This document shows, piece by piece, positions 12,994 through 26,879 of a stretch of 64,000 bases of DNA (positions within the stretch are counted from its first letter, which is position 1; every line of letters begins with the position of its first letter). Origin of the DNA: Octopus vulgaris (lineage: Eukaryota); assembly GCA_951406725.2 (NCBI GenBank), contig OX597842.1, positions 16,306,001 to 16,370,000 on the forward strand. Direction: 5' to 3'. The position numbers and the translations under genes were made by a program. Under the pieces are notes generated by a model that was not told the origin of the DNA, made no database searches, and saw only the letters and a list, made by a program, of their open reading frames with translations.

Positions 12994-13560
12994 GAAAAAT
13001 CTTTACTTTACCGCAAGGCAAAATATTTTAAGCTGTGGAAGTCTTTAATAATCCGTTCCAGTCTTTAATAATCCGTTCCAGTCTTTAATAATCCGTTCCA
13101 GTCTTTAATAATCCGTTCCGGTCTGTTCTGGTTCGCGAGAATGAATAAATTGTATTCAATTACATAATTAAATATAGTTTAACTTTAGCAGGAGATGCGT
13201 TATGGCAGTCATTGCTTTTTTTCTTCTTCTTTATCTGTTTATTCTTTGTATCTCCTTTCATTATTCTCTCTCTCAATATCCTGCCACTCCTTCATTTACG
13301 CGAATTTCTGAAATCTGTTTATCTATTTAAGCTGAATGGTGTTTGCACTATTTACCTGCTCAAAGTCTAATTCAGTTCATTTGGTGTGACCTAAATTTTT
13401 CATAATTGTTTGAAAACCTGTGAGAGAGAAAGATAGAGGCCCACGTATGTCGATTAAACCCATTGAAATCTCTTTGTATCTCGTGACTAATAAAAGCACT
13501 TCACCTTTTATTGCTAAATGTGTGTTGTCTGTTTTAATGGCCAACGCCTATGTAGTAACA
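12994..13560 (-). repeat. Diverged direct duplicate of 53840-54316 (putative first exon/promoter block of a paralogous gene)
   Basis: Shared blocks TCTGGTTCGCG..ATGAATAAATTGTATTCA, CGAATTTCTGAAAT, AACCCATTGAAATC, TGGCCAACG; conserved minus-strand donor CG|GTAA. Confidence 0.75.
13041..13120. repeat. 20-bp minisatellite, 4 copies (GTCTTTAATAATCCGTTCCA)
   Basis: Directly visible tandem units. Confidence 0.95.
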
Positions 13561-13626
13561 TTATATATATATATATATATATATACCACGGGCTCATATA
13601 TTTATATGTATATACATATAGATAGA

Positions 13627-13659
<33 letters not shown>

Positions 13660-13750
13660 GACGGGCTTCTTATATATATATGCGTATGTGTACACACACA
13701 CACACACATATATATATATGTTTGTGTGTGTACACACACACATATATACA

Positions 13751-13807
<57 letters not shown>

Positions 13808-13987
13808 GTATGTATATCTCCATATATATATATATATATATATTGTATCTTTTCATTTATCTTGCTCTTTTACCTTCTGGTGTTTGGTAAATTTTCTTGA
13901 TAACATTCCTTTCTTAGTGGTAAGACCATAGCGGATCTACTTCTAGCATAATGGATGTCCACTTACAGGTCATCCAACTTATATGTT

Positions 13988-14144
<157 letters not shown>

Positions 14145-14722
14145 CCTCTTCGAGGTCAGACATCATCTTATTTCTTCCTGAATGAGAGAAAGGGGCCAAC
14201 GGAAAGATAAAGTTGGAGAAAAGGAAGCATCAACCCCAGAACTGGATCTTGAAACCCTGAAACGAAGGAAGAAGATGTTGATGGGATTTGAACTGAGAAA
14301 GCAGAGAGTTGGAAGGATTAGCACAAAGTAACTTATCGAACATTCTAAGGCTCTGCATAACCCCCCAACACACACGTATTTGTCTGTCTGTCTGTCTGTC
14401 GCTATTAACTTGCTATACATTAATCTTTCATAAATATTTTCTGTCGTTAATTAGTTTGAAATTATATCATTAAATTCCCATTAATTTTGGGGTTTGTATT
14501 TTGTTGACAAAGTTAGTGTGAATTAGGTCAAAAGGCTTCATGTTGTTATTGCTGTCGGTGGCGGCGGTGCACACTGTTTCAATTTCTATGTGCCGCTATG
14601 TGTGACTGTGCATGCGTGTATATAATACTTTAGGAGTGTGTGTGCGCATGTGCTTGTGGGTGATGTACGACTGTCTTTGTGCGTATATGTATATATACAA
14701 ATAAACACTTGTATACATATAT

Positions 14723-14822
<100 letters not shown>

Positions 14823-14861
14823 ATTCAGCTCTGTGGTTCTTAAGGCTAATAAAGGTTAGGG

Positions 14862-14895
<34 letters not shown>

Positions 14896-16229
14896 TATAA
14901 TTCCACTCTCAAGGCTTTGGTTGGTCCGAGGCTTTAGTAGAAGACGCTTACCCAAGGTGCCACGCAGTGGGACTGGACCCAGAACCATTTGGTTGGAAAG
15001 CAAGCTACTTACCACACGGCCACTACGTATGTACACATATATATATGTGTTTATGTATATTTGTATTGCTGTGTATGTATCTATTTGCTTGTGTGTATGG
15101 ATGTATATATATATATATGTGTTCGTGTATCTATGTGCAGGTATGTATAAATGTATATATGTACTTAACGTAATGTATGTATCCAAGTGGTTCTCTCAGC
15201 ATTTCGTTGATCGCAGATAACATGTTGGGCGATCATTCGGTACCAGTAACATAACTGTCACTTGGGTTTATTTACATTTCTGAAGAAAAAAGATACCCTT
15301 CCCCCACCACTAACCCAAAACCCTAACCCCACATATATAACAAAAAATAAAAATTTTACGGAAAGTGTCGGTCTTCTTCTCACGTGACCAGCTGTAAGTT
15401 TCACTTTCTAGAGTTTGGATGAAGCCTTATGGCAAATTATTGGCCGAGAGAAATAGAAACTGTATATTTACTAACAATCGTGTCTACAAGGAGGTTCTAC
15501 TCGACAGCAAAATATGCCTTTTAAGTAAGTTTCACAAAATTGAATTTTATTTTTCATTTTTTTTTTCTTGAAAATTCCAGTTTAAACTGTTTATGTAACA
15601 ATGGAAGTGTTTAGGGAGACGCCGGGGCTTACAACAACAGCAACAACAAAAAGGGAGCCAAACCAAGATCTGCTATAATTAGTACCCGAATCCTACTCCA
15701 TTCACAATTTATCATCTTAAAGACAAGGTGGTTCTGGGTTCTCTATACTTGAGAAAAAACATGGCGGTGGTGTTGAGTGTGTGGCTCGAAATAGCTCTAA
15801 ATAACTGTCTCTGCCTCTGTCTCTCCTTCTATCTCTCCTTTCCATTCTCTCTGTCTCTCTCTTCCTCCCTTCATGTTGGTCACTCCCTACAATACAAGTT
15901 ACAGAAACTTTCTGTTTCAACACCTCCTCTGCCTACGTTTCGATACACATAACAACTCTCTCTTGCTTTCTCTCTCTTTCTCTTTCTCTCATAATTACTC
16001 CAAAAGAGATTATGACATCACAATTCCGAGAAATATGATCTGAATACTATAATCTCTTCAATTCGACTTCCTTCACAATTGGTGTCATATCGATAAACGG
16101 ATGATATATATAATAACTATCGATCTATTTAATTCGTATCTTAATTTCCAGCAATTTCTTCATAAATTTCCCAGTATATTGATTTCTTCTTCCTGAAGCT
16201 GTCTTTTCTTTCTTTCTTCTTTCTAGGGA

Positions 16230-17140
16230 AGGGGAGGGATATATTAATGTATGAGGAAGCAGAGAAAGAATGAGAGTGGGAGAGAGAGAGAAAGAGAGAA
16301 ACACAAACAGAAGAAGAGAGACAGATATACAGTTAGTGAGGGAGAGGACGAGGTGAACGTTTTTGCAAGGGAGGTGGGGGTGATTAAAATGAATATATAA
16401 TGAGGTTCTGAGAGAAAAGAGACAAAGAGGGGGAAGTGGGCGGATATGTTTCGTAGGGGAGGGAGGCTGGGATCAGAGAGAAAATAAGAGAGGGGGAGTG
16501 ATATATAAGAGAAGGATTCTGTAATAAATAATGAGGTGAGAGAGAGGCGGGAAGAGAAAGGGACAGAGAGAGAGAGTGAGAGAAAGAGGGAGAAGTGGGA
16601 GGATATTTTTTGTAGGGGAGGGAGACTGGGATCAGAGAGAAAATAAGAGAGGGGGAGTGATATATAAGAGAAGGTGAGGTGAGAGAGGGGCGGGAAGAGA
16701 AAGGGACAGAGAGAGAAAGAGAGAGAAAGAGGGAGAAGTGGGAGGATATTTTTTGTAGGGGAGGGAGACTGGGATCAGAGAGAAAATAAGAGAGGGGGAG
16801 TGATATATAAGAGAAGGATTCTGTAATAAATAATGAGGTGAGAGAGGGGCGGGAAGAGAAAGGGACAGAGAGAGAGAGAGAAAGAGGGAGGGAGTGCTTG
16901 AGAACGATGAATATGTTTACAAATGGAGGAAGGGTGTGGGGTAATAAAGGAAGCAAGGTAGGCGGGGTCAACCATATCATATAAGGTAGTGGTGGTTGTG
17001 GGCGGTGTCAAAGTTGAGAGAGTAAGGGTAATAACTCTTATTACATCCCATTTACCCTTTAAACTTCCTGTTGTGTTCAATAAAATCTGTCTTCTGGCGC
17101 AGTTTGTGAAGATTTCCAATTATGATTTACTGTAAATAAT
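16230..17140 (-). repeat. Left arm of a long inverted repeat with about 3 GA-rich tandem units
   Basis: Reverse complement matches 18995-19300 (TTGGAAATCTTCACA, GGGATGTAATAAGAGTTATTA) and 23730-23765 (CTCATTATATATTCATTTT). Confidence 0.75.
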
Positions 17141-17429
17141 AGATCGAAGTGTTTATAATACATTATCAATAAATATCGAACATTTCTCTACGTCACTCAT
17201 TCGTTTTTCCTTTCACATCTGACCATTTCGTCTTTTAAATTTCCGATTCTTACTCTTTAACTTCGCTCTTCTCTGAAATCGTCACACAACCAATGTTGCT
17301 GCTGCACATGCTAGAAACAACAGCCAAATCTCACATAAAGAACGATAAAGTATAAAACCATTGCATTATTTTATTTTTTAATTTCTTAAAAATGAATTTC
17401 ATTTCAATTTTGTCAATTTTTACTGAATT

Positions 17430-17840
17430 CAATCATTCGGCTACGGCCAAGCTGGGGCACCGCTTTGTAAAATTTAATCGAATGAATCACCCCAGTAATT
17501 TTTTCATATGTATTTTACGCATGGTACTCCGTCTACCGGTGTCTTTTGCCAAACGGTTAATCTAAGGGGCCGTAAACACACAAACACTGTTTGTGAAGCA
17601 GTGGGTAATTGTGAAACGCAAACACAAAGACACACACATACACACACACGTGTGTGTGTGTGTGTGTGTGTGGTGTGTGTACGACGAGCATCTTTCAGTT
17701 TACGTCTACCAAATCTACTCATAAGTCTTTGGTCGATTCGAAGGTATAACAGAAGACATTTGGACAAGGCGCCACGCAGTGATACCGAACCTGGAACAAT
17801 ACGGTTGGGAACCAACTTTCTTACCGTAAAGCCCTGTCTG
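17430..17840 (-). mobile_element. Degraded SINE family A
   Basis: Reverse complement of the family A head and tail. Confidence 0.7.
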
Positions 17841-19276
17841 TAATTTTAGTTGATAAAACAAATAAAATCTTCGAATACATGTTTCTGATAGTTGAACTTT
17901 CTGCTCCACGTGTATTCATGGACAGAAGGAGGCGTGAAATATTTCACGCTATGGCTGTAATATCGTTTCTTTTAATTCAGCTGACATCCATCTCGATAAT
18001 CTTTGTTTTAAGTATTCACGCGCTGAAAGAAAGAATACAGAAAAATCTGCAAACCAAATAAATTAAATGTGATTTCTTTTCAAAGTGAAATATATTCCAA
18101 AATTGCTAATTGATTTAAAATATGGCTGAGGGTACTCTGCCTGTTGTTTCTAGCTCAAAGAAGGTCGAATCTATGGAGAGAGAAGGAACGTGTCTCCATG
18201 GACTTCACCATCTGCATTCAGGATTGGAATAAGAAGACAATAAACTGAAAAGCAAAATCAATGTCAATATGAGGTAGCTGGCTGTTATTTCTAGCATGAT
18301 GCAAGGCCAAGCTTATGAGAATATCCTTAGCGTTCTCTAACGCGTCATCAGAGCGAACGATTTGCACGAAACTTGTTTAAACAGCGGAATTAAGTCTGAC
18401 CCTCTTCTAAGTGCTGTGTATTGCGTCGCCGAATGGAAGCTTGGCCGCATCCACAAAGGGAAAAAGGATGAAGAAACGCGAATGCGCGTTGACTTGTGAT
18501 TTCAGTTGCTGCAGCAGCCAACCTATGATTTGTATTGAGATGTAAGTGTGAACGATTGGAACCAAATGCAGCTGAAAGGCACGAGGAATTCTGAAACTTT
18601 GATTATTGCGCCGAATCGATGTATTTAATTATTTAATTAATTATTGATTACATACTTACTCTATGTATGTGTGTCAACGCGTGTGTGTGCTTACATTTTA
18701 CTAAACCCCATGGCTTCACGACCAGTGTTTGGTTGTTTACGTCCCTGTTACTTAGTCGTTTGGCAAAAGTTACCGACAGAAGTATTATGCACGCACGTAC
18801 ACACACGCACACACACACACTCACACACACAAACGTATGCTGGAGTAGTCCCTTCAATTGAAATTCCTGAAAAGTTTACCCCAGCCTGGCCGCTGTGCAA
18901 TGACTGAACCCAGTAAAAAAGCGTAAGGTCTCAATGAAACACTCCTTTCTTCTTCCCTAAACATATTCGCCAATTTCTAAACACTTCAATGAATTATTTA
19001 CATTAAAACAGATTTGGAAATCTTCACAGATTTTATTTAACAAAACAGAACCTGATACAGTTTCATGCAAAAAGGGATGTAATAAGAGTTATTATCCTTA
19101 CCGTTCGCTCCTCCCATCTAATTATCTATTTCACCATGACTCCACCCATTTCCTTTGTTACCTCCTACACTTCCGCTATTTGCAACTATATTCATCGTTC
19201 TCTCTCTCTCTCTCTCGCTCCCTCTTTCTCTGTCTCTCTATCTCTTTCTATTCTCTCATCTCATTATTTATTACAG

Positions 19277-22200
19277 AATCACTCCGTCACTCCCTCTTTC
19301 TCTCTCTTACCTCATGATCTCTCTCTCTCTCCCTCCCTTTCTCTCTCTCTCTCTCTCAGTCATCCTTTCTCTCTCCATCCCTCCCTTACTCTATATATCT
19401 TTCTATATCACTCCGTCACTCCCTCTTCCTCTCTCTTACCTCATGCTCTCTTTCTCTCTCCCTCCCATCCTCTCTCTCTCTAAGTCGTCTTTTCTCTCTC
19501 TCTCTCCCTCCCTCCCTTACTCTATATATCTTTCTATATCACAACGTCACTTCCTCTTTCTCTCTCTTACCTCATGCTCTCCTTCTCTCTCCCTCCCTTT
19601 CTCTCTCCCTCCCTTTCTCTCTCTCTCTCTCAGTCATCATTTCTCTCCCTCCCTCCCTTACTCTATATATCTTTCTATATCACTCCGTCACTCCCTCTTT
19701 CTCTCTCTTACCTCATGCTCTCTTTCTCTCTCCCTCCCTTTCTCTCTCTCTCTCTCAGTCATCCTTTCTCTCTCCCTCCCTCCCTTACTCTATATATCTT
19801 TCTATATCACTCCATCACTCCCTCTTTCTCTCTCTTACCTCATGCTCTCTTTCTCTCTCCCTCACATCCTCTCTCTCCCTCCCATCCTCTCTCTCTAAGT
19901 CGTCTTTTTTCTCTCTCTCTCCCTCCCTCCCTTACTCTATATATCTTTCTATATCACTCCGTCACTCCCTCTTTCTCTCTCTTACCTCATGCTCTCTCTC
20001 TCTCTCTCTCCCTCCCATCCTCTCTCTCTAAGTCGTGTTTTCTCTCTCTCTCTCCCTCCCTCCCTTACTCTATATATCTTTCTATATCACTCCGTCACTC
20101 CCTCTTCCTCTCTCTTACCTCATGCTCTCTTTCTCTCTCCCTCCCATCCTCTCTCTCTCTAAGTCGTCTTTTCTCTCTCTCTCCCTCCCTCCCTTACTCT
20201 ATATATCTTTCTATATCACAACGTCACTTCCTCTTTCTCTCTCTTACCTCATGCTCTCCTTCTCTCTCCCTCCCTTTCTCTCTCCCTCCCTCTCTCTCTC
20301 TCTCTCAGTCATCATTTCTCTCTCCCTCCCTCCCTTACTCTATATATCTTTCTATATCACTCCATCACTCCCTCTTTCTCTCTCTTACCTCATGCTCTCT
20401 CTCTCCCTCCCTTTCTCTCTCCCTCCCTTTCTCTCTCTCTCTCTCAGTCATCATTTCTCTCTCCCTCCCTCCCTTACTCTATATATCTTTCAATATCATT
20501 CCATCACTCCCTCTTTCTCTCAATAACCTCATGCTCTCCTTCTCTCTCCCTCCCTTTCTCTCTCTCTCAATCAGTCATCCTTTCTCTCTCCCTCCCTCCC
20601 TTACTCTATATATCTTTCTATATCACTCCATCACTCCCTCTTTCTCTCTCTTACCTCATGCTCTCTTTCTCTCTCCCTCACATCCTCTCTCTCCCTCCCA
20701 TCCTCTCTCTCTCTAAGTCGTCTTTTTTCTCTCTCTCTCCCTCCCTCCCTTACTCTATATATCTTTCTATATCACTCCGTCACTCCCTCTTTCTCTCTCT
20801 TACCTCATGCTCTCTTTCTCTCTCCCTCCCATCCTCTCTCTCTCTAAGTCGTCTTTTCTCTCTCTCTCTCCCTCCCTCCCTTACTCTATATATCTTTCTA
20901 TATCACTCCGTCACTCCCTCTTTCTCTCTCTTACCTCATGCTCTCTTTCTCTCTCCCTCCCATCCTCTCTCTCTCTAAGTCGTCTTTTCTCTCTCTCTCT
21001 CCCTCCCTCCCTTACTCTTTATTTCTTTCTATATCACTCCGTCACTCCCTCTTCCTCTCTCTTACCTCATGCTCTCTTTCTCTCTCACTCATATCCTCTC
21101 TCTCTCTAAGTCGTCTTTTCTCTCTCTCTCTCCCTCCCTCCCTTACTCTATATATCTTTCTATATCACTCCATCACTCCCTCTTTCTCTCTCTTACCTCA
21201 TGCTCTCTTTCTCTCTCCCTCCCTCTCTCTCTCTAACTGGTCTTTTCTCTCTCTCTCTCCCTCCCTCCCTTACTCTGTATGTCTTTCTATATCACTCCAT
21301 CAATCCCTCTTTCTCTCTCTTACCTCATGCTCTCCTTCTCTCTCCCTCCCTTTCTCTCTCTCTCTCTCAGTCATCCTTTCTCTTTCCCTCCCTCCCTTAC
21401 TCTATATATCTTTCTATATCACTCCATCACTCCCTCTTTCTCTCTCTTACCTCATGCTCTCTCTCTCCCTCTCCCTCTCTCTCTCTCTCAGTCATCCTTT
21501 CTCTTTCCCTCCCTCCCTTACTCTATATATCTTTCTATATCACTCCCTCACTCCCTCTTTCTCTCTCTTACCTCATGCTCTCTTTTTCTCTCCCTCCCAT
21601 CCTCTCTCCCTCTAATTCGTCCTTTCTCTCTCTCTCTCCCTCCCTCCCTTACTCTATATATCTTTCTATATCACTCCGTCATTCCCTCTTTCTCTCTCTT
21701 ACCTCATGCTCTCCTTCTCTCTCCCTCCCATCCTCTCTCTCTCTAAGTCGTCTTTTCTCTCTCTCTCTCCCTCCCTCCATTACTCTATATATCTTTCTAT
21801 ATCACTCCATCACTCCCTCTTCCTCTCTCTTACCTCATGCTCTTTTTCTCTCTCCCTCCCATCCTCTCTCTCTCTTAGTCGTCTTTTCTCTCTCTCCCTC
21901 CCTCCCTTACTCTATATATCTTTCTATATCACTCCATCACTCCCTCTTTCTCTCTCTTACCTCATGCTCTCCTTCTCTCTCCCTCCCTTTCTCTCTCTCT
22001 CTCTCAGTCGTCCTTTCTCTCTCCCTCCCTCCCTTACTCTATATATCTTTCTATATCACTCCATCACTCCCTCTTTCTCTCTCTTACCTCATGCTCTCTT
22101 TCTCTCTCCCTCCCTCTCTCTCTCTAAGTCGTCTTTTCTCTATCTCTCTCCCTCCCTCTCTTACTCTATATATCTTTCTATATCACTCCATCACTCCCTC

Positions 22201-23690
22201 TTTCTCTCTCTTACCTCATGCTCTCTTTCTCTCTCCCTCCCTCTCTCTCTCTAAGTCGTCTTTTCTCTCTCTCTCCCTCCCTCCCTTACTCTATATATCT
22301 TTCTATATCACTCCATCACTCCCTCTTTCTCTCTCTTACCTCATGCTCTCTTTCTCTCTCCCTCCCTTTCTCTCTCTCTCTATGTCGTCTTTTCTCTCTC
22401 TCTCTTCCTCCCTCCCTTACTCTATATATCTTTCTATATCACTCCGTCACTCCCTCTTTCTCTCTCTTACCTCATGCTCTCTTTATCTCTCCCTCCCTTT
22501 CTCTCTCTCTCTCCCTCCCTCCCTTACTCTATATATCTTTCTATATCACTCCGTCACTTCCTCTTTCTCTCTCTTACCTCATGCTCTCTTTCTCTCTCCC
22601 TCTCTCTCTAAGTCGTCTTTTCTCTCTCTCTCTTCCTCCCTCCCTTACTCTATATATCTTTCTATATCACTCCATCACTCCCTCTTTCTCTCTCTTACCT
22701 CTGCTCTCTTTCTATATCACTCCGTCACTCCCTCTTTCTCTCTCTTGCCTCATGCTCTCTTTCTCTCTCCCTCCCTCCCTTACTCTATATATCTTTCTAT
22801 ATCACTCCATCACTCCCACTTTCTCTCTCTTACCTCATGCTCTCCTTCTCTCTCCCTCCCTTTCTGTCCTTTCTCTCTCTCTCTCCCTCCCTCCCTTTCT
22901 CTCTCTCTCTAAGTCGTCTTTTCTCTCTCTCTCTTCCTCCCTCCCTTACTCTACATATCTTTCTATATCACTCCGTCACTCCCTCTTTCTCTCTCTTACC
23001 TCATGCTCTCTTTCTCTCTCCCTCCCATCCTCTCTCTCTAAGTCGTCCTTTCTCTCTCTCTCTCTCCCTCCCTCCCTTACTCTATATATCTTTCTATATC
23101 ACTCCATCACTCCCTCTTTCTCTCTCTTACATCATGCTCTCTTTCTCTCTCCCTCCCATCCTCTCTCTCTCTAAGTCATCTTTTCTCTCTCTCTCTCTCC
23201 CTCCCTCCCTTACTCTATATATCTTTCTATATCACTCCGTCACTCCCTCCTTCTCTCTCTTACCTTATGCTCTTTTTCTCTCTCCCTCCCAACCCCTCTC
23301 TCTCTCAGTCATCCTTTCTCTCTCTCTCACTCCCTCCCTTACTCTATATATCTTTCTATATCACTCCGTCACTCCCTCCTTCTCTCTCTTACCTCATGCT
23401 CTCTTTCTATCTCCCTCCCATCCTCTCTCTCTCTAAGTCGTCTTTTCTCTTTCTCTCTCCCTCCCTCCCTTACTCTATATATCCTTCTATATCACTCCGT
23501 CACTCCCTCTTTCTCTCTCTTACCTCATGCTCTCTTTCTCTCTCCCTCCCATCCTCTCTCTCTCAGTCGTCCTTTCTCTCTCTCCCTCCCTCTCTTACTC
23601 TATATATCTTTCTCTATCACTCCGTCACTACCTCCTTCTCTCTCTTACCTCATGCTCTCTTTCTCTCTCCCTCCCTTTCTCTCTCGTCTA
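19277..23690 (+). repeat. CT-rich minisatellite, unit about 120-145 bp, roughly 30-35 copies
   Basis: Recurrent core CTTACTCTATATATCTTTCTATATCACTCCRTCACTCCCTCTTTCTCTCTCTTACCTCATGCTCTC. Confidence 0.95.
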
Positions 23691-24069
23691 CCAAAACACG
23701 TCTATCATCTTCTCCCTCTTTGTCTCCTTTCTCTCAGCCTCTCATTATATATTCATTTTGAACACACTTCCGCCTTCCTTTCTATATTACCTCATTCTCT
23801 CCTCTTGCTTCAAATATATATTAGTCTCTCTCTCTCCCTGTTTCTCTCTCTTTCTGCTTCCCTCCATCTTTTTGTTTCTGTCTTTCTCTCTCTTTCTCTC
23901 TCTTTCTCTCACTCTCTCTCTTTCTCCCCATCTAGTTCTTCCTCATGTTTTCTCTCTCCTTCACTCTCTCCCGCTCCCCCCTCTCCCTCTCTCCCCATTA
24001 TATATTAACACTTCGCCTTTTTCTCTTCGTCTCTCAACTCATACTATCCCTCTCTACTAAAGACGTTTT

Positions 24070-26010
24070 GTTCTAATTCGCTCTTCCTCTCTTCCTCTCC
24101 CTCTTCTTCTTTCTCCCTCTCTCATCTCTTCGCCTTTCTTTCTTCTTTAATTTATCTCTTTCTTTCTTCCTTTCAGTCTCTCTTTCTTCCTTCCTTCCTT
24201 CTCTCCTTTCTATTATTTCTTTCTTTCTTTTTCTCTTCTTCCTTCTTTCCTTTCTTCTTTTCTTTCTTTCTTTCTTTCTTTCTTTCTCCCTTTCTTCCTT
24301 CATTTCTTTTCATCTTTCTTTCGTTCTTCCTTCCTTTTTCTCTTTCTGTCTTTCTTTCGTTCTTTAATTTCTCTCTTTCTTTCTTTCCTCCTTTTTTCTT
24401 CATTCCTTTCTTTCTCTCTTTATTTCTTTCCGGCTTTCTGTCCTACTTTCTGTCTTTCTTCCTTTCTTCTTTACTTTCCTTCTTTCCCTTCTTCTTTCTT
24501 TCCTTCTTTCTTTCTTTTCTTTCTTTCTTTTTTCCTTTTCCTTTCTCTCTGTCTTACTTTTTTCCTTCTTCCTTTCTGTTTCCTACTTCCTTCCTTCCTT
24601 TCTTTCTTTCGTTCTTTCTTTCTTTCCTTCTTTCTTCCTTATTCTTTTACTCTCTTTATTTTTTCCTCTTTCCTTTCTCTCTTTCATTCTTTCTTCCTTC
24701 CTTTCTTTCCTCTTTCCTTTCTCTCTTTCATTCTTTCTTCCTTCCTTTCTTTCTGCTTTTCTCTCTTTCTTTCTTTCGTTCTTCCTTCCATTCTGTCTTT
24801 CTTTCTTTCTGTCTTTCTTCCTTCCTTTCTTTCTTTCATTCCTCCTTCCTTTGTTTCTTTTTTCCTTCCATTATTTCTTTCTGTTTTTCTTTCTTCCTTC
24901 CTTTCTTTCTTTCTTTCTTTCTTCCTTTCAATCTTTCTTTCTTTCTTTCTTTCTTCCTTTCTGTCTTTCTTTCTTTCTTCAATTCTTTCTTTCTTTCTGT
25001 CTTTCTTTCTTCCTTTCTCTCTTTCTTTCTTTCCTTCTTTCTTTTTTCTTTCGTCCTTCCTTCCTTTCTTTCTTTCTTTATTTCTTTCTGTCTTTCTTTC
25101 TTTCTTTCGTTCTCTCTTTCCTTCTTCCTTTCTTTCTTTCGTTCTTTCTTTCTTTCTTTCTTTCTTCTTTTCAGTCTTTCTTTCTTTCGTTCTTCCTTTC
25201 TTTCTTTCTTCCATCCTTTCTTTCTTTCTTCCTTTCAGTCTTTCTTCCTTTTCTGTCTTTCTTTCTGTCATTCCTTCTTTCTTTCTTTCTTCCCTCCTTT
25301 CTTTCTTTATTCCTCTCTTTCTTTCTTTCTTTCTGTCTTTCTTCCTTTCTTTCTTTCTCTCTTTCTGTCTTTCTTTCTTTCTTTCTTTCTTTCTCTCTTT
25401 TCTTCTTCCTTTTTCCTTTCTTTCTTGCTTTCTTTCTTTCTCTCTTTCTTTCGTTCTCCCTTTCTTTCTCTCTTTCTGTCTTTTTTTCTTTCTTTCTTTC
25501 TCTCTTTTCTTCTTCCTTTTTCCTTTCTTTCTTGCTTTCTTTCTTTCTCTCTTTCTTTCGTTCTCCCTTTCTTCCTTTCTTTCTGTCTTTCTTCCCTCCT
25601 TCCGTTCTTTCATTCTTTCTTCGTTTCTTTCTGTCTTTCTGTCTTTCTTCCTTCCTTCCTTTCTTTATTTCTTTCTTCGTTTCTTTCTGTCTCTCTATCT
25701 TCCTTTCTTTCTTTCTTTCTTCCTTTCTTTCTGTCATTCTTTCTTCCTTTCTTCCGTTCTTTCTTTCTTTCTTTCTTCCTTCCTTCCGTTCTTTCTTTCT
25801 ATCTTTCCTTCTTACTTCATTTTTTCTTTCTTCTTTCTTCTTTTCAATCTTTCCATCTTCCTTCCTTTCTTTCTTTTCTTTCTTTCTTTCTTTCTTTGTT
25901 TCTTCCTTCTTTCCTTTCTTTGTTTCTTCCTTCCTTTGTTTCTTTCTTTCTTTCATACGTTCTTTATTTATTTCTTTCTTTGCTTCTTTGTTGGTTTCCT
26001 TCTTTCACTT
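24070..26010 (+). repeat. Polypyrimidine (TTTC/TTCC)n low-complexity tract
   Basis: About 1.9 kb almost entirely C/T on the plus strand, with local sub-duplications. Confidence 0.95.
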
Positions 26011-26084
26011 TGCGTCAACCAAACTCGCTAACGACATTTTTTTTATAATGCGAAAACATTTAACAAATTTAATTACCTCAGAAA

Positions 26085-26320
26085 GGCGGTGAACTGGCAG
26101 AGTCGTTAACACGCCGGACAAAATGCTGAACAGCATTTAATCCGTCTGTACTTTCTGAGTTCAAATTCTGCCGAGGTCATCTCCAGCTTTCATCTTTTCC
26201 GTGTTGACATAATATTTTAAATTTAAACCTGCTCAAGTTTGTTTCATCTTTCATCCATCTGCAGATCATAAAATAACGCCTCGGTCGCATTCCAGTGTCG
26301 ATGTAATCGATTATGCCCCT
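26085..26320 (+). mobile_element. Degraded SINE family B
   Basis: GGCGGTGAACTGGCAGAGTCGTTAACACGCCGG...GAGTTCAAATTCTGCCGAGGTC. Confidence 0.75.
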
Positions 26321-26379
26321 GCACGTGCTTATGGTAACAATTGTGAAATAGTTCAATCAAGCGAAAGGGATTGAAAAGA

Positions 26380-26690
26380 TTAGCCTATCAGACCTTCCTA
26401 GGAGGAGAGGGCCGAGTTTATCAAATTATTTACAGTCATCTTCATGCTCGGTGTGAAGAGCAAGATTCACTTTGTCATTGTGTTTGAGTCGACCCTCCTA
26501 CATTCTGCTGAATAAGAATTATTTAGGCAGATATTTACAGAAGGGGGTCATACTGAGCTGGGGTCACTAGTTTCCCTGTATATTTCGTTTACCAGGGAAT
26601 CCAGAAAAGTCAGACGGGACCTGGCTGTATTGCGGCGAGATTTACCAAACCCTCATGATTCAATATGATACAGCTGGATTTTCTGCCAGA
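26380..26690 (+). mobile_element. Decayed Gypsy RT N-terminal fragment
   Basis: AAGTCAGACGGGACCTGGCTGTATTGCGGC translates as KSDGTWLYCG, resembling KKDGSWRFCxDY. Confidence 0.5.
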
Positions 26691-26879
26691 AAGTTGAGTG
26701 AATGTCAGTGAACATACAAATATTTTACATTGTAGAAAGGAGAATTCGAAACTGAAACTCCTCAATAACTCCATTCATTTTAGCAACGCCATCTTAGAAC
26801 TGACAGCTTGTTTTTTATTGGTTAGTCCTGTCTTACCTATAAAAGTAAGATCATTTCCTCTGTCCCTCAGCCGATTGCA

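Noticed and set aside
18340-18600. CpG-richer stretch in the spacer of the inverted repeat, considered as an exon or transposase
   Set aside because: No recognisable motif and no convincing pair of splice sites
19277-23690. CRISPR-like repeat-spacer appearance
   Set aside because: The intervening parts are related CT tracts, not unique spacers; the context is eukaryotic and there are no cas genes
19136-23761. Long Ser/Leu/Pro-rich ORFs up to 570 aa
   Set aside because: They are translations of a CT minisatellite that lacks stops by composition and is open in several frames
24073-26092. Lys/Glu/Arg-rich and Phe/Leu/Ser-rich ORFs
   Set aside because: They are artefacts of the (TTTC)n tract
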